Source: a virus (Duplodnaviria > Heunggongvirae > Uroviricota > Caudoviricetes). From it: 64,000 bases of DNA. The translations under genes were made by a program, and so were the position numbers. Location of the stretch: the IMG/VR virus record IMGVR_UViG_3300042009_000026, positions 160,001 through 224,000 of that record; one strand, 5' to 3'. Below, piece by piece: positions 10,148-18,290 of this stretch. Position 1 is the first letter of the stretch. Each line of letters opens with the position of its first letter. The notes under the pieces were generated by a model. It was given only the letters and a program-made list of their open reading frames with translations. It did no database searches and was not told where the DNA came from.

Positions 10148-11545
10148 ATGGCTGTTGATAATACGCTACTCATGCGAGAAGTTGAGGACATCCGGGATAA
10201 TGGCTTAGGTAATTCTGGATGGCGAATTGATTGCCAGATCATCATTAAAGAAACACAATGGATCAAACCACACAAAGTCGAATATGAAGCCTTGACTCGG
10301 GACTATGCTTCTAAGGAACAGTTCTCTGATCGGCGTATGATTCAGTTCATGATGCAACAGGGAGATTTCCAGTATGATGTTATTCCTAACCGGGATAACT
10401 TAATGGTGGAAGTTGTTTACGTTCCTTTGCAATTTAACTCATCCGCTCCTGATACCACACGTAAGTCTGAAGTGAAACGTTATCGCGCTGTATTGATGAC
10501 GCAATTCAACAACGCACTTACTAATAAGAATGCCCAGACTAGTTCACGAGAAGCATTGAACCAACTGGGCATGATGTCAGTAGCAATGCAGTTGATCGAT
10601 GAAGCAGCTTTCCGTATCAACATGATGTCCTATGGTAATGGTCTGCGTCAGTGTACCACCATGATGGCTGTCCAAGAAGTCTTGGCTTCTACGATGGGCG
10701 ATGTAGGTACGCAAGATATCAAACGGGTTAACGGGATTAACTTTCAGGAAGGTTTCAATACAGAGATCCGGACAGTAATGGATTTCCCTGATGGGATCAT
10801 GCTGAAAGATGTTCCCCACTATATCCATGAAGAAGAAGGCGGTGTGTACCCAACTGGATTTGGTAGATACCTACAAGACCAGCACTGGTACATCTATCCA
10901 CTGTACGATTCCACTCGGTATAAGAAGAACACTAAGGTTCTGAAACTTATCAACGTTCCTAACGATCGTTATCAAGGTGCTGAGCGAACGTACAAGATCG
11001 ATGAACAACACGTAACAGTGCTCGCTACTGGTGACGCTAGTTCATTGGACAGTGGTTTAGCCGATAACTTGAAGCAAGGTAATGGTCTCCGCTTTGGTGA
11101 CGTCACTAAGCTACTTGGGGACTTCGGTACGGCGAAAGATAACCGAACCCTCATCGATCGTGCTTCTAATGTCTTTGAGGTCTCTACGGGCCTCCTAGAG
11201 TCTGGTATGAATAACGTAAGATGGGCGTATGATCGGGCTACCTCTAACCCGTTCAAGCATTATTCAGAGATGGCTCGACGGCGTGGGATGTTCTTGAAGC
11301 TGCAGTGGTATCATGGCGATTCTGATTTGTTGTTCCCTGGAATGCCGGTTAAGTTTATGACTATTAACGATAACAATGTAGAAACATACAACGGTGTGTT
11401 ATTAGGTGTAGACGAACAGCGAGGACAAGGCGACTCTAACGTGGAAGTAACATCCCATGTTGGTATTGTTACTCTCGGTGTATTCATTAACCGTAAAGAG
11501 GGTGACCCGGTGATTATTGATCCGAACGCTCCTCGCACGAACTAA
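10148..11545 (+). CDS. Virion structural protein, possible baseplate-hub type (phiKZ gp101-like)
   Basis: 465 aa; C-terminal LFPGMPVKF...NGVLLGV beta-rich motif; synteny. Confidence 0.55.
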   Translation: MAVDNTLLMREVEDIRDNGLGNSGWRIDCQIIIKETQWIKPHKVEYEALTRDYASKEQFSDRRMIQFMMQQGDFQYDVIPNRDNLMVEVVYVPLQFNSSAPDTTRKSEVKRYRAVLMTQFNNALTNKNAQTSSREALNQLGMMSVAMQLIDEAAFRINMMSYGNGLRQCTTMMAVQEVLASTMGDVGTQDIKRVNGINFQEGFNTEIRTVMDFPDGIMLKDVPHYIHEEEGGVYPTGFGRYLQDQHWYIYPLYDSTRYKKNTKVLKLINVPNDRYQGAERTYKIDEQHVTVLATGDASSLDSGLADNLKQGNGLRFGDVTKLLGDFGTAKDNRTLIDRASNVFEVSTGLLESGMNNVRWAYDRATSNPFKHYSEMARRRGMFLKLQWYHGDSDLLFPGMPVKFMTINDNNVETYNGVLLGVDEQRGQGDSNVEVTSHVGIVTLGVFINRKEGDPVIIDPNAPRTN

Positions 11546-11548
11546 CGA

Positions 11549-11579
11549 CATAAGCTCCTCCCCAACGGGAGGAGCTATG
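11549..11579. terminator. CATA-hairpin-TATG element
   Basis: CATA-AGCTCCTCCC-CAAC-GGGAGGAGC-TATG. Confidence 0.8.
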
Positions 11580-11590
11580 CAGGTAATCAC

Positions 11591-11962
11591 ATGCCGGGTA
11601 TCAATCACTTCGTAAGAATAGAACAAGTCTGGTCATACAACATGGTGGGTAGCATCAAAGAAATCATGAGTATAGACATGCATGTCATCAATGATCTCTT
11701 CACTAAGACCGCATCGTATCTGATGGCCAAGCATAATTTCTTCTTATATCAAGACAACCAACAATACAATGGCTTCCTCAATGAGCTACATGAACATATT
11801 GAGGGCTACTACAAAGTCACCCCGGATCATCTAATCTACTATTTCGATAACTTATTCCGGATCATCTCTCCTGCATTAGCACAGATCACTGAACGTATTG
11901 TTACCTGTACTACGATCACTACAGAGCTAGGGGAAATTGAAGGGTTCGTATTTGGGACGTAA
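11591..11962 (+). CDS. Hypothetical protein
   Basis: 123 aa ORF filling the gap; start uncertain. Confidence 0.55.
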   Translation: MPGINHFVRIEQVWSYNMVGSIKEIMSIDMHVINDLFTKTASYLMAKHNFFLYQDNQQYNGFLNELHEHIEGYYKVTPDHLIYYFDNLFRIISPALAQITERIVTCTTITTELGEIEGFVFGT

Positions 11963-11968
11963 ATGGTG

Positions 11969-11997
11969 GATTTAAACCTTTTAAAAGCCTATATTAC
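11969..11997 (+). promoter_or_regulatory. phiKZ-type early (virion RNAP) promoter
   Basis: GATTTAAA-N13-TATATTAC; TATATTAC is the known phiKZ early promoter core. Confidence 0.85.
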
Positions 11998-12031
11998 TAA
12001 CATGAATCTAGTCAATTAAAAGGATTAATTT

Positions 12032-12352
12032 ATGGACTTAGTATCGAAGGTAATGTTAGGCTTAGTTAGTAGTGTTGTAGCAGTTAGCGCTGCCATGGCA
12101 ATACACGTTCACATCCGCTCCAAGGAAGCTATGAAGGTGCTGGATGACATGGAGGCTGAACTTAAAGTAGTTCACCATCAATTTAACGAAGCTGACATTT
12201 CCAAACAACAAGCAGAACGCGCTATCGATGCGATCATTGATCGTTATCAAGTTCGTTATCTGATCTATATGCTGGCCGATAAAACTGAAGTAATTACGTT
12301 CTTCGAAGACCATCGTAAAGGCAACAAGAAACTGTTGGGGTATCCAGCATGA
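12032..12352 (+). CDS. Small early protein, N-terminal TM anchor
   Basis: RBS AAGGA; hydrophobic residues 7-27. Confidence 0.75.
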   Translation: MDLVSKVMLGLVSSVVAVSAAMAIHVHIRSKEAMKVLDDMEAELKVVHHQFNEADISKQQAERAIDAIIDRYQVRYLIYMLADKTEVITFFEDHRKGNKKLLGYPA

Positions 12353-12516
12353 GTAATGTAATTGATGATTCCGTCAATGAGCGGTACCGCAGAATGGCTG
12401 AAGGCAAAGAACCTAAGGCCGTATCTCAAGATGTACTCTGGATCACTCCCCGCAGACTAGGCATGCTCTTCGGAGTTTGCTTGGTTATGACCGTTATGTT
12501 TAACGGGATTCACTAA
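12349..12516 (+). CDS. 55-aa protein, C-terminal TM (not in ORF track)
   Basis: ATGA overlap with previous stop; MSNVIDDSVNERYRRMAEGKEPKAVSQDVLWITPRRLGMLFGVCLVMTVMFNGIH. Confidence 0.65.
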   Translation: MSNVIDDSVNERYRRMAEGKEPKAVSQDVLWITPRRLGMLFGVCLVMTVMFNGIH

Positions 12517-12549
12517 CCGTTGTAAACTTTCCGTGTATGGAGCTTTGCC

Positions 12550-12873
12550 ATGTCAATGAATAAGTTTAGTATTGGTTTGATCATCGGTGTAGTTGTCGCC
12601 ATTGGCGCCACTGCTTTCAAAGTGAATTCCGTCTGCAAGAAGCATGACGAGGCTTTGGAACTGTTCGACAAAGAATTCACTGCCTTGTTAGGTCTGGTGA
12701 AATCTGGGTTGTTGACTGTTGAAGAAGGGCTGAAAGAATACGAGGTTGTACACGCTCGTGCAGCAGAACGTTGCCTGGCGCATACACTCGATCGCAAAGC
12801 CACAGAAATCTGGCTGGCTGATATGCACAAGGTCAATATTGGCTTGATCAAGATGACCCTTGCGGATAGCTAA
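12550..12873 (+). CDS. Small early protein, N-terminal TM anchor
   Basis: RBS GGAG; FSIGLIIGVVVAIGATAF; same architecture as 12032. Confidence 0.75.
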   Translation: MSMNKFSIGLIIGVVVAIGATAFKVNSVCKKHDEALELFDKEFTALLGLVKSGLLTVEEGLKEYEVVHARAAERCLAHTLDRKATEIWLADMHKVNIGLIKMTLADS

Positions 12874-12874
12874 G

Positions 12875-12903
12875 ATAACGGGTGGCTTCGGTCGCCCGTT
12901 ATG
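12875..12903. terminator. Hairpin terminator ending in TATG
   Basis: ATAACGGGTGGC-TTCG-GTCGCCCGTTATG. Confidence 0.75.
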
Positions 12904-12915
12904 CTGCCAGATGTT

Positions 12916-12960
12916 GATTTAAAAGATTTAAAAGGCTATATTACAACTGTGAATGTACCC
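12916..12960 (+). promoter_or_regulatory. Early promoter
   Basis: GATTTAAA-N13-TATATTAC; 25-bp core identical to 14264-14288. Confidence 0.85.
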
Positions 12961-12983
12961 CAGTAATCTCAGGAGTTCACATC

Positions 12984-13160
12984 ATGCTTAAGCTAGTCCA
13001 TATTGGTCTCTTGGCTGCTTTCACCGCATCTAACAGTGCTGTGATTGTTGAAGAAGTTAAAAAGCCTGGTCCTCTCCGCAGTAATGCGAAGTTGGCTGTA
13101 GGTGTTTCCTGTGTTGCTTTGGGCGTCAGCTCAATCCTGCTTTCGTTCCGACATACTTAA
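12984..13160 (+). CDS. 58-aa protein with two hydrophobic segments (not in ORF track)
   Basis: RBS AGGAG; MLKLVHIGLLAAFTASNSAVIVEEVKKPGPLRSNAKLAVGVSCVALGVSSILLSFRHT. Confidence 0.75.
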   Translation: MLKLVHIGLLAAFTASNSAVIVEEVKKPGPLRSNAKLAVGVSCVALGVSSILLSFRHT

Positions 13161-13181
13161 TTTAATCTAAGGAGTTACATC

Positions 13182-13361
13182 ATGATCGGCAATATCTTCC
13201 GCGTTACCCTGCTCGGCGCTGTTGGCTATGCTCACGGTCGTTCCGTAGTACAAGAATTTAAGAAACCTGCTGCAGAGCGTAACAACCTTGGCGTTGTTGT
13301 AAGTACCGCGGTTGCCGGTCTGTGTGCTTGTGCCATCGGTGCGATCATCTCCCCTAAATAA
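13182..13361 (+). CDS. 59-aa paralog of 12984 protein (not in ORF track)
   Basis: RBS AAGGAG; MIGNIFRVTLLGAVGYAHGRSVVQEFKKPAAERNNLGVVVSTAVAGLCACAIGAIISPK. Confidence 0.75.
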   Translation: MIGNIFRVTLLGAVGYAHGRSVVQEFKKPAAERNNLGVVVSTAVAGLCACAIGAIISPK

Positions 13362-13486
13362 CCATCTGCCTGGTATATGGCATGAGCTTATAGTCTGCGG
13401 ATTATGAGCTCACCACAAACTTAAACTAAGTCGATTTTCTTTTTAGGTGTTAACTGGCACCTGCGCTATTTATAAGGAGCACAACA

Positions 13487-13657
13487 ATGAAAGTTAAAGG
13501 CATCTTCTCCAACGATCCGGCCAAAGCAATGTCGCAGAAAGAGATCGATCTGCAGACATCCCGGTTGAAATTTGTAAGTGCTGTCGGCGGTCTTATCGCC
13601 ATGACTTTGGGCATTGCGCTGGCTACTATAAAACTCTCCAATGAATTGAAAAAGTAA
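13487..13657 (+). CDS. 56-aa single-TM protein (not in ORF track)
   Basis: RBS AAGGAG; MKVKGIFSNDPAKAMSQKEIDLQTSRLKFVSAVGGLIAMTLGIALATIKLSNELKK. Confidence 0.75.
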   Translation: MKVKGIFSNDPAKAMSQKEIDLQTSRLKFVSAVGGLIAMTLGIALATIKLSNELKK

Positions 13658-13723
13658 TCAGCACAATCTAATGAGAGGGATCGCGTTGGTCCCTCCATTA
13701 ACCAATTCATGGGGGCCGGTTCA

Positions 13724-14200
13724 ATGGCTGAATTCATTATCGGTAAAGATATCTTCAAGGAACCTGGAGATCTTTACATTGTCACAGTAAACACGATCGG
13801 TGTTATGGGTGCGGGTGTTGCTAAAGCATTCGCCGAACGCCATCACGATCTGTTTCTCAAATACAAACATGACTGTAAGATGAAGATCATCACAATCGGT
13901 CATCCAGCTCTATATGAAGGTACTGACGGTAAACGCTATCTAATGTTCCCTACTAAAGAGAACTGGCGAAATCCTTCAACCTACGATTACGTTGGATTAG
14001 GTCTGCAATGGCTCGTCGATAACATCGGTGAAGACGAAGATCAGATCAATCCTAAATGGACCATCATTGTACCACCCCTCGGTTGTGGTAATGGTGGCCT
14101 AGACTTCGATATCGTCTCTGAGATGATAGAAGAAGCTTCTGGTAAGATTCCAAACAAGATGATTGTTGTATATCCACCTTGGATGAGCGGTAAACAGTGA
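13724..14200 (+). CDS. Macrodomain protein, DarG/Poa1-like ADP-ribose glycohydrolase
   Basis: VNTIGVMGAGVAKAF, FPTKENWR and PPLGCGNGGL motifs. Confidence 0.9.
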   Translation: MAEFIIGKDIFKEPGDLYIVTVNTIGVMGAGVAKAFAERHHDLFLKYKHDCKMKIITIGHPALYEGTDGKRYLMFPTKENWRNPSTYDYVGLGLQWLVDNIGEDEDQINPKWTIIVPPLGCGNGGLDFDIVSEMIEEASGKIPNKMIVVYPPWMSGKQ

Positions 14201-14205
14201 TACGC

Positions 14206-14240
14206 CATAAGCGCTACCCCGAAGGGTAGCCTTTATGCCG
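14206..14240. terminator. CATA-hairpin-TTTATGCCG element
   Basis: CATAAGC-GCTACCC-CGAA-GGGTAGC-CTTTATGCCG. Confidence 0.8.
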
Positions 14241-14243
14241 TGA

Positions 14244-14288
14244 CATTGAAACAGAATAAACACCTATATTACAACTGTGAATGTACCC
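14244..14288 (+). promoter_or_regulatory. Early promoter
   Basis: CATTGAAA-N13-TATATTAC, followed by AACTGTGAATGTACCC. Confidence 0.8.
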
Positions 14289-14308
14289 ACCAAATTAAGG
14301 ATAATACG

Positions 14309-14587
14309 ATGAATAGGTTCTTAAGTTTTGTTGGTCTTGTTGCCGCTGCTAATGCGTGCTACTACAACCAATCACGTTTGGATCGTAATGATGCCATGCG
14401 TAAGATTCCTGCAGAAATCGAAGATGCTCTTAAGCACTTCGTTTTTAAACCGACTTTCGATGAATTGAAGAGTCAGTTAACTTTCTTCGAAGCTTGGGGT
14501 AGCTACAATATCTATTACGCCAAGCATCGCGATGAGTTCGTTGCAGAACTCAATAAACAAATCAAAATGGCATCCACCGGTAATTAA
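14309..14587 (+). CDS. Small early protein with hydrophobic N-terminus
   Basis: RBS AAGGA, ATG 14309 (MNRFLSFVGLVAAANAC...). Confidence 0.7.
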   Translation: MNRFLSFVGLVAAANACYYNQSRLDRNDAMRKIPAEIEDALKHFVFKPTFDELKSQLTFFEAWGSYNIYYAKHRDEFVAELNKQIKMASTGN

Positions 14588-14596
14588 GGAAGTTTC

Positions 14597-14776
14597 ATGA
14601 AAAATGTAATTGGCGCAGTTGTAGCGGTTGCAGCAGTTGGTGGCTTGGGTTATATTGCCTACCGTCGCTACATGACCAAAATACTTGATGCTGGTACAGT
14701 TCAAGTTATCAAAGGAATGAAAGAGGTTAATGCCAGAAAAGAACAAGTGATTCACTTGGGCCACGCTAAGGAGTAA
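14597..14776 (+). CDS. 59-aa N-terminal TM protein (not in ORF track)
   Basis: RBS AAGGA; MKNVIGAVVAVAAVGGLGYIAYRRYMTKILDAGTVQVIKGMKEVNARKEQVIHLGHAKE. Confidence 0.75.
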   Translation: MKNVIGAVVAVAAVGGLGYIAYRRYMTKILDAGTVQVIKGMKEVNARKEQVIHLGHAKE

Positions 14777-14780
14777 CAAC

Positions 14781-15218
14781 ATGCAGAAAGAGTCATTGGC
14801 TTTCCAAATTGCTTTCTACACTGGTCTGACCAAACGCATTCAAGCGGCTGGTTTTGCTCTGGGTATGGGGACACCTTTGGTAACCAAAACGTACAAAGGC
14901 TATCTGATTAAACAGATCCAATGTACGATGGAAATGCATGAAGCGTCTTACGACGTGACTTACACCGACAAAGATGGCAAGGAAGGCCATTGTGTCGAAG
15001 TGCTTCAATTTGAAAATGACTCGGTGAAGGAATTCATCGCTCAGCGTTTCAATGTAATGGTCTTCACTCGGGAGGTTACTGGTGTAGCCGTGATCGGTTA
15101 TGACGGTATCTCTGTCGATGGTGAATCTGTAAGTCTGGGTGCTACTTCAGGTGAATACCTGATGAATCCTGGAGCACGCTTGTTCTTCGATTCACGTGTA
15201 GTCGGGAATAAGGTATAA
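14781..15218 (+). CDS. Hypothetical protein
   Basis: RBS AAGGAG; 145 aa. Confidence 0.7.
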   Translation: MQKESLAFQIAFYTGLTKRIQAAGFALGMGTPLVTKTYKGYLIKQIQCTMEMHEASYDVTYTDKDGKEGHCVEVLQFENDSVKEFIAQRFNVMVFTREVTGVAVIGYDGISVDGESVSLGATSGEYLMNPGARLFFDSRVVGNKV

Positions 15219-15219
15219 C

Positions 15220-15243
15220 TTGTGGGGACTTCGGTCCCCATAA
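15220..15243 (+). terminator. Hairpin terminator
   Basis: TTGTGGGGAC-TTCG-GTCCCCATAA. Confidence 0.7.
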
Positions 15244-15309
15244 TTTATTCATAAGCCAGTGCATCGCTGCTTTATGAATAAATTATCAACTACATTAAGA
15301 GTAAACATC

Positions 15310-15480
15310 ATGAAAAACCATATCTATTTCGTAATTGGTCTGATCGTTGGTTCTATTGGTCTGGCTAATCTGTCTGCTCTGGCAGATGATCGTAAAGAAG
15401 TTGTAGCCGTAGTAAAGAAAGAAATCATTCTTGGCCATCGTATCGGCCCGAATGGTCAAGAAATGCTGGTAGTTAAATAA
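15310..15480 (+). CDS. 56-aa protein with signal/TM N-terminus
   Basis: ATG 15310; MKNHIYFVIGLIVGSIGLANLSALADD... Confidence 0.65.
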   Translation: MKNHIYFVIGLIVGSIGLANLSALADDRKEVVAVVKKEIILGHRIGPNGQEMLVVK

Positions 15481-15505
15481 CCCCACCTATACAGGAATAC
15501 CAACT

Positions 15506-15709
15506 ATGAATCTTCTGACACGCGTTGCTATCACCGCTACCGCTGGTATCGCTTCTGGCCTGGGCATCACCCTGCTGAAAGAAGGTATCAAACACGTCCA
15601 TTCCGAGGATCACGATGTCCGTCGTGATGCATCTATCTTCGTAGGCGCTGGCGCGTTCTGCCTGGCAGCTGGAGTAACTGCCGTTCTCTCGACCGTCTTC
15701 GAGGAATGA
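15506..15709 (+). CDS. 67-aa two-TM protein
   Basis: RBS AGGA; two hydrophobic segments. Confidence 0.7.
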   Translation: MNLLTRVAITATAGIASGLGITLLKEGIKHVHSEDHDVRRDASIFVGAGAFCLAAGVTAVLSTVFEE

Positions 15710-15990
15710 CCAGCTGGCAAATCGCAATGACACTGCTGCCCTACGTGGGCAGCATTTTGTCGTCATTCGGTGAAGCTTCAGTAAAAGCTTTCCAAACCCG
15801 CAATATTGCACAAGGCCACGAGAGGAATGCTTTCTATACCTCCATCCTAGTTGCAGGTAGTTACGTAGCTAACGTTAATTTCGTAATCATGGGTGGCTGG
15901 TGGGTATTACTTACCGCAGTTATCGGTGGTTCATTCGGCACTGTATTCGCAATGCGCTTACACAAATTTCTATTTAAGGATAAGTCATGA
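15706..15990 (+). CDS. Small three-TM membrane protein (DUF5698-like)
   Basis: Hydrophobic; ...VIGGSFGTVFAMRLH motif; ATGA coupling. Confidence 0.65.
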   Translation: MTSWQIAMTLLPYVGSILSSFGEASVKAFQTRNIAQGHERNAFYTSILVAGSYVANVNFVIMGGWWVLLTAVIGGSFGTVFAMRLHKFLFKDKS

Positions 15991-16376
15991 AACTCATTCA
16001 ACAAGCACTGGTTGTTCTGTCCAAAATCAAATCCCTTCTGGTTATCCAAGATATCAAGCAACAATTCGTGGATAAAGAAGTTGGTGCGATCATGGATCAT
16101 GTCCGTGCAAGTTATCCAGATTTCATGGTTCATGATGAATCACCCAAGATCATTCACACCATGGGTTCTGTCGAACTGGACTATGTACACATGGCTCAGT
16201 ATAAGAAGGCATTCAAAGGCCTGGGTATCGCTCTACTGAATGCTACGCCCGGAATGCAAGAACAGGGTTTCAATATGTTCCTGCGTTTTGGTAATAACAT
16301 GCTACCAGTAAAAGTCTACAAACAAGTGCACATCGGACGTGGCCAACGCTGCCGCATGATGAAGCCTGCGATTTAA
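15987..16376 (+). CDS. Hypothetical protein
   Basis: 129 aa, ATGA coupling. Confidence 0.65.
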   Translation: MKLIQQALVVLSKIKSLLVIQDIKQQFVDKEVGAIMDHVRASYPDFMVHDESPKIIHTMGSVELDYVHMAQYKKAFKGLGIALLNATPGMQEQGFNMFLRFGNNMLPVKVYKQVHIGRGQRCRMMKPAI

Positions 16377-16398
16377 AAGAATCCAACACCTATATTAC
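16370..16398 (+). promoter_or_regulatory. Early promoter
   Basis: GATTTAAA-N13-TATATTAC. Confidence 0.85.
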
Positions 16399-16435
16399 TG
16401 TTGCGATAACCGTTATCAATTTAAGGAGTTTCATC

Positions 16436-16552
16436 ATGAGTTCTTTCGCTAAAATTATTATTACCGCAGTCGTCTGTGGTGTAGTACAACAAGTGGTCTG
16501 CTCGATCTCCGACGTATACCGGCCTAATCCGAAGGTCGAAGAGCCGAAGTAA
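16436..16552 (+). CDS. 38-aa hydrophobic peptide (not in ORF track)
   Basis: RBS AAGGAG; MSSFAKIIITAVVCGVVQQVVCSISDVYRPNPKVEEPK. Confidence 0.7.
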   Translation: MSSFAKIIITAVVCGVVQQVVCSISDVYRPNPKVEEPK

Positions 16553-16590
16553 TCCCCCCGAATTCTAAATTAAGTATTGGAGCATCTATC

Positions 16591-16725
16591 ATGGGCAAAG
16601 CATTTAATGAAATGGGCACTCTCGGTAAACTGTGTATCATCGTCATCGTTGCTTACACGGTCAAAGACTGTGTGCAACATGTCACTGAAACCATCCGCAT
16701 GAACAAAGCAGCTTCTTCGAAGTAA
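16591..16725 (+). CDS. 44-aa hydrophobic peptide (not in ORF track)
   Basis: RBS GGAG; MGKAFNEMGTLGKLCIIVIVAYTVKDCVQHVTETIRMNKAASSK. Confidence 0.7.
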   Translation: MGKAFNEMGTLGKLCIIVIVAYTVKDCVQHVTETIRMNKAASSK

Positions 16726-16775
16726 TCGGCGAATCCGCCTGCTGTACAACTCAACCCCACGTAAGGAGCATCACC

Positions 16776-16943
16776 ATGCTTAGCAACCTTCTGAAACTTG
16801 CTGGTATCGCTGCCATTGGTTACATTGGCTTCCAAGTTGGTCGTCACTGGGACGAAATCTCTGCGGAGATGGATGAACTGGACCCACCTAATCCTAACGA
16901 TCCAACCGTGATCGTTGAAACCCCTGTGCCACCTGCGGAGTAA
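16776..16943 (+). CDS. 55-aa N-terminal TM protein (not in ORF track)
   Basis: RBS AAGGAG; MLSNLLKLAGIAAIGYIGFQVGRHWDEISAEMDELDPPNPNDPTVIVETPVPPAE. Confidence 0.75.
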   Translation: MLSNLLKLAGIAAIGYIGFQVGRHWDEISAEMDELDPPNPNDPTVIVETPVPPAE

Positions 16944-16948
16944 ACGAC

Positions 16949-17233
16949 ATGTCTATGCTCGGTTCATTGATCAAGATCGGTGCAGTCGGCGCCATGGTAG
17001 TAATAGGGCAACGACTCTGGGACCGCTATCAGGTTGAAGACCTGTATGTGGAACTGGATGCGATCGTTGATCGTGTCCGGGCTGACAAAAATCGGCGTGG
17101 TACTGTTCGTGCACATACGCTGGTTGAAGCGAAAGAACTCATTGCTGCATTTGAGCGCAAGGTTACTTACGTCGATTCGTTAAATGAGCTTCGTCGCAAT
17201 GTCGAAATCTACATCGAGTCGATTCCTGACTGA
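16949..17233 (+). CDS. Small protein, N-terminal TM anchor
   Basis: RBS GGAG; N-terminus resembles the 16776 protein. Confidence 0.7.
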   Translation: MSMLGSLIKIGAVGAMVVIGQRLWDRYQVEDLYVELDAIVDRVRADKNRRGTVRAHTLVEAKELIAAFERKVTYVDSLNELRRNVEIYIESIPD

Positions 17234-17238
17234 TGTCC

Positions 17239-17280
17239 TGGGGTGGGGGGCTACGGCTCCCCATCTCAATTTTCTTTTTT
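17239..17280 (+). terminator. Intrinsic terminator
   Basis: TGGGGTGGGGGGC-TACG-GCTCCCCATCTCA then T-rich tail. Confidence 0.7.
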
Positions 17281-17313
17281 GTAGAGCACTAATTTTATTT
17301 AAGGATAAACACC

Positions 17314-17649
17314 ATGACAAACTTTCAACTGCAGATTGCTGGGAAGATTGTATTGGGGATAGTTGTTACTGCTGGTTTTATCGCCATTGCTCGTACAGCT
17401 ACTCCAATGCGTGACATCAACGACATTATCGAAGAAACGAAATATGAATGGATAGATGCCAAGCTGCGGCAGTCCATCAATGATAAATACAGTGCTGGTA
17501 AAATAACTCGTTTAGAATGGTTAGAAGCCATGCATAATGGTCCAGCTAAATTGCTGTGGCTACGGCTTTCTACCACCTATCCAAATCACACGCACTACAT
17601 CGCTAAACGTATTCGTCAAGAATATCCACACGCAACTAAATGGGTTTAA
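17314..17649 (+). CDS. Small protein, N-terminal TM anchor
   Basis: RBS AAGGA; IVLGIVVTAGFIAIA. Confidence 0.7.
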   Translation: MTNFQLQIAGKIVLGIVVTAGFIAIARTATPMRDINDIIEETKYEWIDAKLRQSINDKYSAGKITRLEWLEAMHNGPAKLLWLRLSTTYPNHTHYIAKRIRQEYPHATKWV

Positions 17650-17651
17650 TA

Positions 17652-17840
17652 ATGCGCAAGATTGCTTTGACTGTTGCTATGTGCTGCGCCATGGTGATTG
17701 GCGTGGCACAAGCCATGTGGGAAATCGAACAACCAGTAGGTGGCGTTTCAGATCAGTTCTGTAAGCGCCCTGAACATCCGTGCACAGCTTTTAACTACGA
17801 GGTGACCCATGAGTCAGTTGCATCGGTTTCCAAGCCCTGA
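17652..17840 (+). CDS. Small putative exported protein
   Basis: MRKIALTVAMCCAMVIGVAQA signal-peptide-like N-terminus. Confidence 0.55.
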   Translation: MRKIALTVAMCCAMVIGVAQAMWEIEQPVGGVSDQFCKRPEHPCTAFNYEVTHESVASVSKP

Positions 17841-17988
17841 AGAAGTTGTAATGCGTTACCCGCATCTCCGTAAGAACTTGGGTCATAATCGCCCCATCGA
17901 AGACCTGGTGATACCGCATGAACTGGCGGTAAAACTATTTAGCTTACATGTCACTGCTGCATTGTTAAAAACAAGGAACAAGAAATGA
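17809..17988 (+). CDS. 59-aa hypothetical protein (not in ORF track)
   Basis: RBS GAGGTG; MSQLHRFPSPEEVVMRYPHLRKNLG...; ATGA-coupled to next gene. Confidence 0.6.
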   Translation: MSQLHRFPSPEEVVMRYPHLRKNLGHNRPIEDLVIPHELAVKLFSLHVTAALLKTRNKK

Positions 17989-18290
17989 TTGTTAAGACAT
18001 TCCCAACCCATGCGCAAATCTGGCCTGCCGCTCCGAAAGGGAAAGTGGACAAGTTGCGTAACCTGATTGTCAAGAACATGTTGTTCCCTGATAACCAACC
18101 GGGTTGGCAAGTATCTGGTCCGAATGGTGACCAAGGTTTCAATGTTCGGCTTCCTGGCATCTACCATGCAATGGATGTAGAAGTATATCGTCAGGAACTC
18201 GTCTTAGCTGGTTGGGAACTCCGGAAAGTTAAACACCACGCTGGGAACACCATTATTGTTCTCGTCAATGTAGGAAATGATCATGCTTGA
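17985..18290 (+). CDS. Hypothetical protein (divergent member of L-xx-GW family)
   Basis: RBS AAGGA; RQELVLAGWELRKV. Confidence 0.65.
   Translation: MIVKTFPTHAQIWPAAPKGKVDKLRNLIVKNMLFPDNQPGWQVSGPNGDQGFNVRLPGIYHAMDVEVYRQELVLAGWELRKVKHHAGNTIIVLVNVGNDHA

Noticed and set aside
13450-13758. 102-aa minus-strand ORF
   Set aside because: Overlaps the better-supported plus-strand 13487 gene with an AAGGAG RBS.
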